A stretch of DNA of 64,000 bases, taken from the NCBI GenBank assembly GCA_027006785.1, contig JALTFR010000032.1, positions 544-64,543 on the forward strand, written 5' to 3'. The stretch is from Thermoplasmata archaeon. Its GTDB lineage: Archaea > Thermoplasmatota > Thermoplasmata > WALJ01. A program made the position numbers and the translations under genes. Below, piece by piece: positions 37,974-47,843 of this stretch; the stretch's first letter is position 1, and each line of letters begins with the position of its first letter. Under the pieces are notes generated by a model. That model saw nothing but the letters and a program-made list of their open reading frames with translations. It searched no databases and had not been told where the DNA came from.

Positions 37974-38357
37974 TTAAAAAGGGTTTCCCGCATCCTTTTC
38001 GGTCATGCCGTTGAGGATGTCCTCCATCCGGTCACCTGTTATCTCTCCGATTTTTTCACCCATAAGGTCCATGGAGACCGGCTTTCCTATCTGTCCCGCT
38101 ATGGCTCCTATCTCCGCCTTTATCCCCTCGACAAGCGGTGCATCGTGCTCAAATCCAAGCTCGGGAAAATCAACTGCAACGAGTATCGAGTCTATGTCTT
38201 CTCTCTCCCCCATCCTTCTGACAGCCATCGGAAGGTCTATTAGGCGGGTGACCGGCGCTATGTCCATCCCGACATTAAGCGACATGGCCTTCTCCCTCAT
38301 GCGCTCTATGACATCCATCATTCCGGTGTCAAGGTTGGATACGACAGCAATCTTCAT
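37974..38357 (-). CDS. Divergent lumazine synthase / archaeal riboflavin synthase-fold protein
   Basis: KIAVV...V..LIDLPMAV....E.EDIDSILVA...GKPV...DAG recalls archaeal RibC, but the TTFARVDM segment is absent. Confidence 0.45.
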   Translation of the reverse strand: MKIAVVSNLDTGMMDVIERMREKAMSLNVGMDIAPVTRLIDLPMAVRRMGEREDIDSILVAVDFPELGFEHDAPLVEGIKAEIGAIAGQIGKPVSMDLMGEKIGEITGDRMEDILNGMTEKDAGNPF

Positions 38358-38394
38358 GATTGGCAGAAGGGGATGTAGCATTTAAGTATTGAGG

Positions 38395-39369
38395 TCAGGC
38401 GGGCCAGTATATCTTAACGAGAGGAAGCAGGCCTCTCGTTTCAATGTCGAAATCATCGTAATACTGGATGATCAGCCTCAGAAGAAGGTCAATGTCCACC
38501 AGAGTGATAGGGATATTAGAGCGCTCCGCCTCATATCTCGCCTCCTTTGAAAAGCCTCCGGTTGAAACATAGAGACCCTTGTTTCCCTGCCTCAGCGCAC
38601 CTACAAAGCTCCGTATCTCATGGGAGCCCATCTGGCCGTTCCTGTGTTTGACCTCAACCACTATTCTGGGCTCTTCAAGCCCGAGCCCATCGGGAGATGC
38701 CACGACATCTTTTCCCCTGTCCGAGCCTCTCGGAGAGACTATGGTCTTATAGCCCATTGCCCTGAGAAGACCGGCCACGAGTTCCTGCATCTGCTCCCAG
38801 TTCAGGGCCATTATCCTGTCCTTCACGAACTCTCTGGAGCGCTCTTCCATATCTTCTTTGATCTCCTCGATTTCCTCACGATCTTCTTCAGACACCTGTT
38901 TCTTTCCCTCAAGAATGGCCAGAATCTCAGTCTTTGCCTCATCAGGAACAAGAAACAGGGCGGATATCGCGCCCAGACTGTTCTTCGTGGAGACGGAAAG
39001 CAGGTCTCTGCTGACCGCTCCGACCCATTCAACCTTCCTTACATGGCGGTATTCAACCCTTTTACTGTCATACTCATATTCTCCTGACACCTTTCCGATA
39101 TGGTATGTCCTCGTGCTCGGCTGATAGGTGATGACATAATCTCCAATATTGATCTCAAACAGAAATCTCACGAGCTGTCCGCTTGAAATGGCGATTTTTC
39201 CCCTGCTATATTCTCCGTATTTTTCTTTCATCAATCTTTTGATATCGCTCTTTTTCTTTCCTGAAAGGTCTCCGAGCTCATCCCATCCCATCGCCACGAT
39301 TCCGTTCTCAAGGAAGTCATCTATGAGATGGGCTCCTTCTCCTGCCCGTATCATCCACATCTTTGGCAT
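38395..39369 (-). CDS. Mrr-family (type IV) restriction endonuclease
   Basis: N-terminal MWMIRAG...VAMGW domain; C-terminal DRGKD...IVVEVKHR, GLYVSTGGFS.EAR.EA. Confidence 0.9.
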   Translation of the reverse strand: MPKMWMIRAGEGAHLIDDFLENGIVAMGWDELGDLSGKKKSDIKRLMKEKYGEYSRGKIAISSGQLVRFLFEINIGDYVITYQPSTRTYHIGKVSGEYEYDSKRVEYRHVRKVEWVGAVSRDLLSVSTKNSLGAISALFLVPDEAKTEILAILEGKKQVSEEDREEIEEIKEDMEERSREFVKDRIMALNWEQMQELVAGLLRAMGYKTIVSPRGSDRGKDVVASPDGLGLEEPRIVVEVKHRNGQMGSHEIRSFVGALRQGNKGLYVSTGGFSKEARYEAERSNIPITLVDIDLLLRLIIQYYDDFDIETRGLLPLVKIYWPA

Positions 39370-39487
39370 GAATATGATATATGGTCTCCCGTATTTGAGC
39401 ATTGTCCTCTCTTTCCATACAATAACACGAATTAATAAACCCATATATGACCGCAACCTTTATACGCATTTCCCTGTGCCAGCACCC

Positions 39488-40207
39488 ATGCTTCTCCAGC
39501 TGAAGAATGTCGAGGTGGAGCGAGACGGAAAGAAGATAGTCCAGTTCGCGAACATCGCGGTGAAAAAGGGAGAGATACACGGCCTTGTCGGCCTTAACGG
39601 AGCGGGAAAGAGCACTCTGGCCTATGCCATAATGGGCATAATCCCGATATCATCTGGAAGCATCATCTACAGGGGAGAGGATATAAGCCACCTTTCAATT
39701 ACAGAGAGGGCAAGAAAGGGAATAACCATGGCATGGCAGGAACCCGCTCGTTTTGAGGGAATAACGGTCAGAAAATACCTTGAGATAAGCAGGAAGAAAA
39801 AGGAGGATTCCATAGAAGAGGCCCTGGAACTCGTCACACTTGAACCCAAAAAATATCTCAACAGGGAACTGGGAGAAGGTCTGAGCGGCGGGGAGAGGAA
39901 GCGCATAGAACTGGCCGCGGTCTACCTCATGAGACCTGAGCTCGCAATACTTGACGAACCGGACAGCGGTATAGACATGATGTCCATCTACGACATAATC
40001 GGTCTGATAAAGACCATAAATTCAAAGGGAAGCACGGTTCTAATGATAACCCACAGGGACGAGATGTCCGAGATAGCGGACCGAAACACACTGATGTGCA
40101 ATGGAACACCCGCTATAACGGACACACCGATAAAGGTGAGCCGCATATTCAGGGAGATGTGCAGGAACTGTGACGAACACGACTTCGAAAAGAAGGGGGG
40201 GTGCTGA
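39488..40207 (+). CDS. sufC: SufC-like ATPase (SmsC type)
   Basis: GLNGAGKST, AWQEPARFEG, LSGGERKRIELA, LDEPDSGID; C-terminal C-x20-CxxC. Confidence 0.9.
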   Translation: MLLQLKNVEVERDGKKIVQFANIAVKKGEIHGLVGLNGAGKSTLAYAIMGIIPISSGSIIYRGEDISHLSITERARKGITMAWQEPARFEGITVRKYLEISRKKKEDSIEEALELVTLEPKKYLNRELGEGLSGGERKRIELAAVYLMRPELAILDEPDSGIDMMSIYDIIGLIKTINSKGSTVLMITHRDEMSEIADRNTLMCNGTPAITDTPIKVSRIFREMCRNCDEHDFEKKGGC

Positions 40208-41166
40208 TGGACATGCGAAAGATATACGAGAAGGAATATGAGATGCTGGTAAAGGCATACGAGGAAGCGGGAGAGGATGCGGAACCCTTCAAGAACATGG
40301 ACTTCGCGACACTGGCGATAAACGGCGATAAGATTCTAGCATCCAAGGGAACAGAGGGCATAGAGATGGAGGCAGAGAACAGGGATGATGGGGCGATAGT
40401 GGCACACATAAGGATAGAGCCCGGTGTCAAGCTGAAGAACCCGGTGCATGTCTGCTTCGGAATGCTCCCGCAGGAGGGCAGGCAGTGGGTGATAAGTCAC
40501 ATAGATGTGGGCGAAGGAGCCGAAGCGGAACTGGTATCTCACTGCTTCTTTCCCAATGCAGTGAAGGTTGAGCACATCTCAGAGGGCTACATAACCGTCA
40601 GAAAAGGTGCGAAGTTCACCTACGGTGAGGAGCATTTCCACAGCGACCACGGCGGCGTCGTTGTGAAGCCGTACACTGGAGTCAAGGTGGAAGAAGGGGC
40701 GGAGTTCACCAACACATTCACCATGAAACACGGAAGGATGGGCGAACTGTACATAGACTATGAGGCAGATGTGGACAGGAACGGAAAGGCGCTCATGATA
40801 ACTAAGGTCTATGGAAAGGGCACAGACATAGTCAACGGAAAGGAGGTCATAAGGCTCAACGGAGAGCATGCCTCCGGAATCATAAAGACAAGGGTCGCTC
40901 TCAAGGACGAGGCCACCAGTGAGGTCATAAACATAACCGAGGGAAATGCTGCCTACTGCAGGGGGCATGTGGACTGCACTGAGATACTTATGGACAATGC
41001 TAAGGCCACCTCAATACCGCAGATAAGTGCCACACACCCTAAAGCAAAGGTCACCCACGAGGCAGCCATAGGCAGCGTTGATAAGAAGCAGTTGCAGACG
41101 CTTATGGCCAGGGGGCTCACCGAGGACGAGGCGATAGATATGATAGTTCAGGGAATTCTGGCATAG
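40207..41166 (+). CDS. sufB: SufB/D-like Fe-S scaffold (SmsB type)
   Basis: PVHVCFG, SHCFFPN, GHVDCTEI, KVTHEAAIG, LMARGL. Confidence 0.9.
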   Translation: MDMRKIYEKEYEMLVKAYEEAGEDAEPFKNMDFATLAINGDKILASKGTEGIEMEAENRDDGAIVAHIRIEPGVKLKNPVHVCFGMLPQEGRQWVISHIDVGEGAEAELVSHCFFPNAVKVEHISEGYITVRKGAKFTYGEEHFHSDHGGVVVKPYTGVKVEEGAEFTNTFTMKHGRMGELYIDYEADVDRNGKALMITKVYGKGTDIVNGKEVIRLNGEHASGIIKTRVALKDEATSEVINITEGNAAYCRGHVDCTEILMDNAKATSIPQISATHPKAKVTHEAAIGSVDKKQLQTLMARGLTEDEAIDMIVQGILA

Positions 41167-41225
41167 AGTTCTCACACATGTTCGGATAAATCTATTAATA
41201 CAGCCTCCAACTTTTCTCTTTTACC

Positions 41226-42521
41226 ATGGATGCACAGGTAATTGCAGGTCTTTCAGTACTAATACTGGTCTATGTGCTCATAGGCTTCAATCTGATAAAC
41301 AGGACAGTTGCAGCGCTCTTCGGTGCCTTTCTGGTGGGACTTTTAGCTCTCATATTCGGGTTTGCAGGGCTTGACGATATCATTGATTACATAGATTTTG
41401 AAACCATAATCCTCCTCATGAGCATGATGATAATAGTTGGAATCCTCGGGAGAACAGGATTCTTTCAGGTTGTATCCTATAAAACAGCAAAGCTTGCAGG
41501 GGGTAGTTCGTGGAAGATACTTGTCGCCATAGCGCTCCTCACAGCCACACTCTCCGCATTTCTGGACAATGTCACCACCATACTCCTGGTTCTGCCGATA
41601 ACTCTGGAACTCACCAAGGCTATGGATATAAACCCGACACCATTCATACTTTCCGAGATTTTCGCATCCAACATAGGCGGAACAGCCACACTAGTGGGTG
41701 ACCCGCCGAATATAATGATAGGAACACAGGCCAATCTTGCTTTTATGGACTTCATATACAACCTTGCACCAATCGTTTTCATCGACCTCGGCGTGCTCAT
41801 TCTAATAATGTTTTTGATATACGGTAAAGAAATAATGTCTGCCAGTAAACTTTCCGAGGAAAAGCTCAGGGATATGGAGAAAAAGTACAGAATAGTGGAC
41901 CGCTCCCTGTATCACAAGTCCATAGGAATTCTCGTATTCACCATCGCTCTTTTCATAGTCGGAGAGGATTTTAACATCTCCTCGGCGGCTGCGGCGTTCA
42001 CCGGAGCCACCCTGCTTCTTCTCCTTACTCGCGAAGACATATACGGCGCTCTGGAACATGTGGAATGGCCGACCCTCCTCTTCTTCGCAGGGCTTTTCGT
42101 TGTTGTTGGCGGGGTGAACAGCATGGGTGTGCTGGACCTTATTGCCAATGGCATACTTGAGATTTCCCATGATAACATTGTACTCGCTATAATAGCAATA
42201 GTCTGGGTCTCTGCATTTACATCGGCAATAATAGACAACATACCATTCACAGCCACGATGATACCCGTGATATTCGTGATGTCCTCAAACCTGAATGTGC
42301 CCTCAGCCCCCCTGTTCTGGGCTCTCTCCCTTGGAGCATGTATGGGCGGAAACGGCACACTTATCGGCGCATCTGCCAATGTTGTAGGGGTGAGCATAGC
42401 GGAAAGGAATGGGATTATCATAGGTTTCAAGGGATTTTTGAGGAATGGAATGATTGTTATGATCAGTACCGTGGCGGTAGCCACGATATATCTCATAGTA
42501 AGATATGTATGGTTGGGGTGA
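41226..42521 (+). CDS. ArsB/NhaD-family (SLC13-like) ion transporter
   Basis: SAFLDNVTT, NIGGTATLVGDPPN, SAIIDNIP, GGNGTLIGASAN. Confidence 0.9.
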   Translation: MDAQVIAGLSVLILVYVLIGFNLINRTVAALFGAFLVGLLALIFGFAGLDDIIDYIDFETIILLMSMMIIVGILGRTGFFQVVSYKTAKLAGGSSWKILVAIALLTATLSAFLDNVTTILLVLPITLELTKAMDINPTPFILSEIFASNIGGTATLVGDPPNIMIGTQANLAFMDFIYNLAPIVFIDLGVLILIMFLIYGKEIMSASKLSEEKLRDMEKKYRIVDRSLYHKSIGILVFTIALFIVGEDFNISSAAAAFTGATLLLLLTREDIYGALEHVEWPTLLFFAGLFVVVGGVNSMGVLDLIANGILEISHDNIVLAIIAIVWVSAFTSAIIDNIPFTATMIPVIFVMSSNLNVPSAPLFWALSLGACMGGNGTLIGASANVVGVSIAERNGIIIGFKGFLRNGMIVMISTVAVATIYLIVRYVWLG

Positions 42522-42525
42522 AAAG

Positions 42526-43371
42526 ATGTACTCGCTGGCAGATAAGGAAGAAATGTATGCTCTGATTTCAAGGGTTCTCATGGTGGCTAATAAAAACCCT
42601 GTTATGATGAAAGCTGCGGAATACATGGGAAAACTTCTCCCTGAGGCGGAATATCACCTGATATATGTGATAGATACGTCCCAGAGAGGCATGGCGCTGA
42701 CCAAGGATATGGAACTCGCATCCGAGGAAATAGGAAAAAACTCGATAAAAGACATGGAGGATATACTGAAAACTGAAGGTGTCAGAAGTGTGAAAAGCAC
42801 TATAACAGAGGGAAAACCCCATGAAAGGACGCTGTGGTATGCACATAAATCAGGCATAGACCTGATAATCCTCAGCACTGATATTGAGCCTGAAAGGAAA
42901 AAACCGTGCTTGGGAAGGATAACAAAGAGCATTCTGGAAAGGACTGATATCCCCGCAATGGTCTTCACCCCGTATTTCAAAGAGGGAGCGCCCAGACAAA
43001 TACTGAACGTGAACAGCGGGGTTAATGAGTCATTCAGGGCCACGGAGATTGGGTTGAGGCTGTGCAGAGCCATAGGTGCGGAGATGCTAACATTGTACAT
43101 CGGAGAGGAGATTTCCTCTCACAGGATGGATGAGATGAAGAGAAAGGCTGAAGGGATGGGCGTTAGATATTCTGTTAAAATAGTTGATGGAAATCCTGTG
43201 GATATGGTTCTGAAAGAGTCTGAAAAAGCGGACCTTCTTGTGATGAGCAGAGGAATACCGAGTCTTAGATACCGCAGCCTGAGAAAGATATACCCCGGAT
43301 TCTCCTTTGACGCTGCAAAGAGGGAGATACTCAAGAAATCGAGCATTCCCGTGCTCCTGATACCCAAGTGA
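42526..43371 (+). CDS. Universal stress protein (tandem USP domains)
   Basis: EGKPHERTL..AH..GIDLIIL; GNPVDMVLKESEKADLLVM. Confidence 0.85.
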   Translation: MYSLADKEEMYALISRVLMVANKNPVMMKAAEYMGKLLPEAEYHLIYVIDTSQRGMALTKDMELASEEIGKNSIKDMEDILKTEGVRSVKSTITEGKPHERTLWYAHKSGIDLIILSTDIEPERKKPCLGRITKSILERTDIPAMVFTPYFKEGAPRQILNVNSGVNESFRATEIGLRLCRAIGAEMLTLYIGEEISSHRMDEMKRKAEGMGVRYSVKIVDGNPVDMVLKESEKADLLVMSRGIPSLRYRSLRKIYPGFSFDAAKREILKKSSIPVLLIPK

Positions 43372-43431
43372 TGTAAATGAAGGGAAGATTATTAAAGGTC
43401 TTTATCTATGTCGAAGTAGAAGGGGGATGAA

Positions 43432-44274
43432 ATGCACAGCATAACCAACGTAGAGGACCTGTACTCGGCGGTATCGAGAATCGTCATAGCGGCTGACAAA
43501 AGCCCTGTGATATTCAGGGGGGCCGCCTATACCGCCAGACTCTTTCCAGAGGCCATATACTACATAATAAATGTCATCAACACGACCGATAGGGCCATAG
43601 TGCTGAGCAAGGAATATGAGAACACCCTGAGAAAGATGGGCGAAGAGGCAATAGAATCCATAAAGGAGATACTGACACGTGAAGGTGTTAAAAAAATCGA
43701 AGAAAATATAGAAAGAGGCAGGCCATCCACGAGGATACTCACATATGCCAGAAATGTAGGTGCCAATCTCATAGTCCTCGCCACGCACTCTAAGATGGGC
43801 TCTCAGGCTCTAGGTCTCGGAGCAACATCCAGAGGCATAATAGAGAAGACGAAGATACCACTGCTCATCTTCACTCCTTTCTCAAGAGAAAGAGAGCCCA
43901 AGGTTATACTAAATCCTAGCAGTGGTGTCAAATATTCTTTCAAGGCAAGCATGCTTGCCATCCGTCTGGCACATGATCTCGGTGCCGAACTGGTAACCCT
44001 CTACACAGGTCATGGTGATGTGAGAAAGAAATACGGGACTGTCATAGATTATGCCAACCAGATGGACGTGAAATACACCATTGAAGTTGCAGAAGGAAGC
44101 CTCGCTGAAGCCATTCTGGAATACTCGAAGAAAGCGGACCTGATGGTGGCCAGCAGAGGAAGGCCCGGATTGGGATACAAATTCAGGGCTCTGTCCAAGG
44201 AACTGGCACTGGGAAAGCTGGAAAAAGAAGTTCTGGGCATGGTCGAAATACCGATTATTCTCATACCTGATTAA
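43432..44274 (+). CDS. Universal stress protein (tandem USP domains), paralogue of previous gene
   Basis: GRPSTRILTYA...ANLIVLATH; GSLAEAILEYSKKADLMVASRG. Confidence 0.85.
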   Translation: MHSITNVEDLYSAVSRIVIAADKSPVIFRGAAYTARLFPEAIYYIINVINTTDRAIVLSKEYENTLRKMGEEAIESIKEILTREGVKKIEENIERGRPSTRILTYARNVGANLIVLATHSKMGSQALGLGATSRGIIEKTKIPLLIFTPFSREREPKVILNPSSGVKYSFKASMLAIRLAHDLGAELVTLYTGHGDVRKKYGTVIDYANQMDVKYTIEVAEGSLAEAILEYSKKADLMVASRGRPGLGYKFRALSKELALGKLEKEVLGMVEIPIILIPD

Positions 44275-45357
44275 CTACGGTATTATCTCTGTGGTGTTGT
44301 TCACTTCCGGGTAATTCAGGTCAGACTCCGATATCAGGCCGCTGTCCAGGGCCTTTTCCACCCTCGGCTTTATCTCTTTCATCAAATCTATGAGGTATTT
44401 CACGGTCTCGCATATAAGTTCAAACCCATCATCACCCCACAGCCTTTCCTTGTTTGCGAACAGGCATCTTCCACCGCAGACATCGTAATATGGACAGGAA
44501 GGGCACGGCTCATCGGGAAACACTGAGTTGCGGACATCTTCAGGCTCGCTCTTCTCTATGTTTCCAACATGGTTCCATTCAAATTCCCCTCCTATGGGGC
44601 AGGCAAGTATCTCCCCATCGGTTGATATTGCAAAGGCATCCCTTCCTGAACCGCAGGGAAGACCGGGTTTCTCAAGACCGAACAATCTCTTCATGACCCC
44701 CTGAAAAGGTACTATTCCCGGGACCTTTCCCATATTCTCTATTGAATCTATCCAGAAATCAGCCAGTTTTTTGAGGCCGGGATAGTAGGATTCGCTCAGC
44801 CATCGGTTAAAGTCCTTCCATGAGTCATCCGGATCCCACACCACATTGAGCTGCCAGTGCACATGGTCGAAAGGACGGAGAGAAAGAAGATGCATGACAT
44901 CTCTGTAGATGTCGCTCTCCTGTGAGACAGCCATTCTCGCAATAAGGTCCCCTTCAAAACCTCTTTTTCTTATAAGTTCAGCATTTTTTACCGCCGCTTT
45001 ATACACTCCTTTTCCACGGTAATAGTCCGTTATTTCCTCCGCCCCGTCCAGAGATATAAGTATCGTATGCATCCTTTTCAGCATCCCGGGTCTCAGAACA
45101 TGGAGGAAGATGCCGTTGGTCTGGAGAAAGAAATTTCTGGCAGGGATTTCCTTCATGATTCTCTCCATGTAATCCATATTCAGAAGTGGCTCTCCGCCGT
45201 AGAAGGCTATGTCAGCTTCGGGGTCATTCTCTATGAACCTCTTCAGGTGATCGAAATCATAGCTTATCTCGTGTGGCATGACCTCTTCGGGTATGCTTCC
45301 GCCGCAGTATCGGCAGTTCAGGTTGCATACCGGTGTCGTGAATATGAACCAGAGCAC
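44275..45357 (-). CDS. Radical SAM/SPASM protein (AF0577/TIGR04084-like)
   Basis: CNLNCRYC, FYGGEPL, LQTNG, SLDG, CGSG...CP, CPSCPYYDVCGGRC; GTG start. Confidence 0.85.
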   Translation of the reverse strand: MLWFIFTTPVCNLNCRYCGGSIPEEVMPHEISYDFDHLKRFIENDPEADIAFYGGEPLLNMDYMERIMKEIPARNFFLQTNGIFLHVLRPGMLKRMHTILISLDGAEEITDYYRGKGVYKAAVKNAELIRKRGFEGDLIARMAVSQESDIYRDVMHLLSLRPFDHVHWQLNVVWDPDDSWKDFNRWLSESYYPGLKKLADFWIDSIENMGKVPGIVPFQGVMKRLFGLEKPGLPCGSGRDAFAISTDGEILACPIGGEFEWNHVGNIEKSEPEDVRNSVFPDEPCPSCPYYDVCGGRCLFANKERLWGDDGFELICETVKYLIDLMKEIKPRVEKALDSGLISESDLNYPEVNNTTEIIP

Positions 45358-45495
45358 AGGGTGGGATTGCAGGTTAGATATTACTTTTTCCCCACCTCTG
45401 AATTCATCACTTCCAGTACACGAAAATGTCCTTCTGCACGCAGATAAAGAATATTGTTATATAGGAAAAGGATTTTGCCCGCCTTAGGCGTTAAA

Positions 45496-45792
45496 ATGGT
45501 AACGCAAACAGAAATTAAGAAGATGCTGGAGAACGGGACCTCCCAAGTTCCGCATGGAGAGGTCTACATAGTAGAGGAAAGATGCAAAGGTTGCGGTCTG
45601 TGCATAGCGTTCTGTCCCAAGCATGTGCTGGTTCAGTCAGACAGGATAAACGAAAAGGGATACCATCCACCTGAACTGGTGGAAGTACCACCCACCGATA
45701 TATGTATAGGGTGCGGGATGTGCGAGCGCATATGTCCGGATTTCGCCATTTTTGTGAAAACAGACAAGGACAAGGAGAAAAAGAGGGATTGA
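45496..45792 (+). CDS. korD: 2-oxoacid:ferredoxin oxidoreductase delta subunit (2x[4Fe-4S])
   Basis: CKGCGLCIAFCP, CIGCGMCERICPDFAI. Confidence 0.88.
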   Translation: MVTQTEIKKMLENGTSQVPHGEVYIVEERCKGCGLCIAFCPKHVLVQSDRINEKGYHPPELVEVPPTDICIGCGMCERICPDFAIFVKTDKDKEKKRD

Positions 45793-45793
45793 T

Positions 45794-46933
45794 GTGAGCA
45801 ATGAAATCCTTGAAGGAGAGTATTTTTTGAGCGGAGATGCAGCTGCAGCAGAGGGTGCCGTGGCCGCAGGTTGCAAGGTCTTTGCCGGATACCCAATAAC
45901 TCCATCCAGTGAGGTGGCGGAAAAGCTAGCAAGAAGGCTCCCGCAGGTAGGGGGCGTGTTCATACAGATGGAAGACGAACTCGGTTCAATAGCTGCCATA
46001 CTTGGTGCCTCGTGGGGAGGAAAGAAGAGCATGACAGCCACTTCAGGCCCGGGTTTCAGCCTTATGATGGAGAACTACGGCCTTGGAATGATGACAGAGA
46101 CGCCAACGGTCATCGTGAATGTTCAGAGGGGCGGCCCCTCCACAGGATTGCCCACACTTCTGGGCCAGGGAGAGTTCATGCAGGCCAAGTTCGGTTCCCA
46201 CGGGGTCTTTGAAGCAATAGCACTGGCACCTGAATCACCGCAGGAATGCTTCGATTTCACCATAAAGGCCTTCAATCTGGCCGAGAAGTACCGACAGCCC
46301 GTCGTCGTATTGATGGATGAATCCACAGGTCACCTTTTCGAGAAGGTCAGGATTCCTCCGGAGGACGAGATTGAGATAATAAACAGAAAGAAGCCAAAAG
46401 AGGTCCCCTATCCACCGTTCATGCCAGATGATGACTTGATACCGCCAATGCCGATTGTTGGCGAAGGCCACCAGATACATGCCACCGGCCTCACGCATGA
46501 CGAGTACGGAAGGCCCACCATAACTGCCGAAGCACAGGAAAAATACGTGAAGCGCTTGGTCGAGAAGATAAGAAAGCATGCCGACGAGATAATGGATTAT
46601 GAAGAGGTCATGACAGATGATGCGGATGTGATCGTCGTGGCATATGGAATAACCGCAAGGTCGGCCAGGAGAGCCATAATACAGGCAAGAGAGAAAGGAA
46701 TAAAGGCCGGTCTCATAAGGCTGAAGGTGGTGTGGCCGTTCCCGGACAAGATTCTCCAGAAATACGCGGATAAGAAGTTTGTAGTTGCGGAGGTCAATCA
46801 GGGCCAGGCCCTTATCATGGTAGAGAGAGCCATAAGAAAGAGCGCCACCTTCGTTGGGAAGATGGGCGGAGAACCACACAGGCCGGAAGAGATTCTCAAA
46901 GGAATAGAGGAGGCATACAATGCCAATTCATAA
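45794..46933 (+). CDS. korA: 2-oxoacid:ferredoxin oxidoreductase alpha subunit
   Basis: FAGYPITPSSE, QMEDELGS, TATSGPGFSLM, QRGGPSTG. Confidence 0.92.
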   Translation: MSNEILEGEYFLSGDAAAAEGAVAAGCKVFAGYPITPSSEVAEKLARRLPQVGGVFIQMEDELGSIAAILGASWGGKKSMTATSGPGFSLMMENYGLGMMTETPTVIVNVQRGGPSTGLPTLLGQGEFMQAKFGSHGVFEAIALAPESPQECFDFTIKAFNLAEKYRQPVVVLMDESTGHLFEKVRIPPEDEIEIINRKKPKEVPYPPFMPDDDLIPPMPIVGEGHQIHATGLTHDEYGRPTITAEAQEKYVKRLVEKIRKHADEIMDYEEVMTDDADVIVVAYGITARSARRAIIQAREKGIKAGLIRLKVVWPFPDKILQKYADKKFVVAEVNQGQALIMVERAIRKSATFVGKMGGEPHRPEEILKGIEEAYNANS

Positions 46934-47843
46934 GGCAGAACACCATCCTCTGGATGCGTATCTCAGGACAGAAAGGCTCCCGCATGTATGGTGTCCGGGC
47001 TGCGGTCTGGGAATAGCGCTGGGTGCCTATCTAAGAGCGCTCCAGAATGTCGGTTTTGACCCGCAGGAAACCGTCATGGTCTCGGGAATAGGCTGCTCCG
47101 GAAGGGCGGCCGGATATGTCAAGATGGACTCCTTCCACACAACTCACGGAAGGGCAATACCCTTTGCCGTGGGGCTCAAGGCCGCAAGGCCGGAGTTGAA
47201 CGTGACCGTGTTCAGCGGTGATGGAGACCTGTTCTCCATAGGTGGCAACCACATACTCCACGCTGCTAGAAGGAATGTGAACATCACTGTGCTTGCCATA
47301 AACAACTATGTCTACGGAATGACCGGTGGCCAGCTTGCGCCGACGACCCCGGAGTCATCCATAACTACGACATCCCCCTACGGTAACATAGAGTCGCCAT
47401 TCAACATAGCCGGGCTCATGGCCGTGGCAGGTGCATCCTATGTGGCCCGCTGGACCACGGTTCACGAGAGAAGGCTTCAGAAGTCCATAGAGAAGGCACT
47501 GACCAAGAGGGGATTCTCAATAGTCGAGATAATGTCCCCGTGCCCCACAACATTCGGAAGAAGGAACAACATGAGGGGCATAGTGGACTCCATGATGTAT
47601 TACAAGAAGTATTCGGTAATAAAAGAGCATCCGAACCCGCTGGACGGAGTTATAAAGCCGGGTGAGAAGTTCATAGTAGGGGAGTTCATGGACGCCCCGG
47701 ATGAGCCCACCTTCGAGGACAAGCTTGAGGAGCTGAAGAACAAGGAGTTCCTGAAGACAAGTCAGGCTGACAGAACAACATGGATACTGGAGCACAGAAG
47801 ACATCTTGAGACACTTGCTAAGATAATCGGAGGTGAGCAGTGA
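46920..47843 (+). CDS. korB: 2-oxoacid:ferredoxin oxidoreductase beta subunit
   Basis: WCPGCG, GIGCSGR, HGRA, GDGDLFSIGGNH, YGMTGGQ, SPCPT. Confidence 0.92.
   Translation: MPIHKAEHHPLDAYLRTERLPHVWCPGCGLGIALGAYLRALQNVGFDPQETVMVSGIGCSGRAAGYVKMDSFHTTHGRAIPFAVGLKAARPELNVTVFSGDGDLFSIGGNHILHAARRNVNITVLAINNYVYGMTGGQLAPTTPESSITTTSPYGNIESPFNIAGLMAVAGASYVARWTTVHERRLQKSIEKALTKRGFSIVEIMSPCPTTFGRRNNMRGIVDSMMYYKKYSVIKEHPNPLDGVIKPGEKFIVGEFMDAPDEPTFEDKLEELKNKEFLKTSQADRTTWILEHRRHLETLAKIIGGEQ

Noticed and set aside
45381-45407. 8-aa ORF MNSEVGKK upstream of the radical SAM gene as RiPP precursor
   Set aside because: Too short, no leader/core structure; expected by chance
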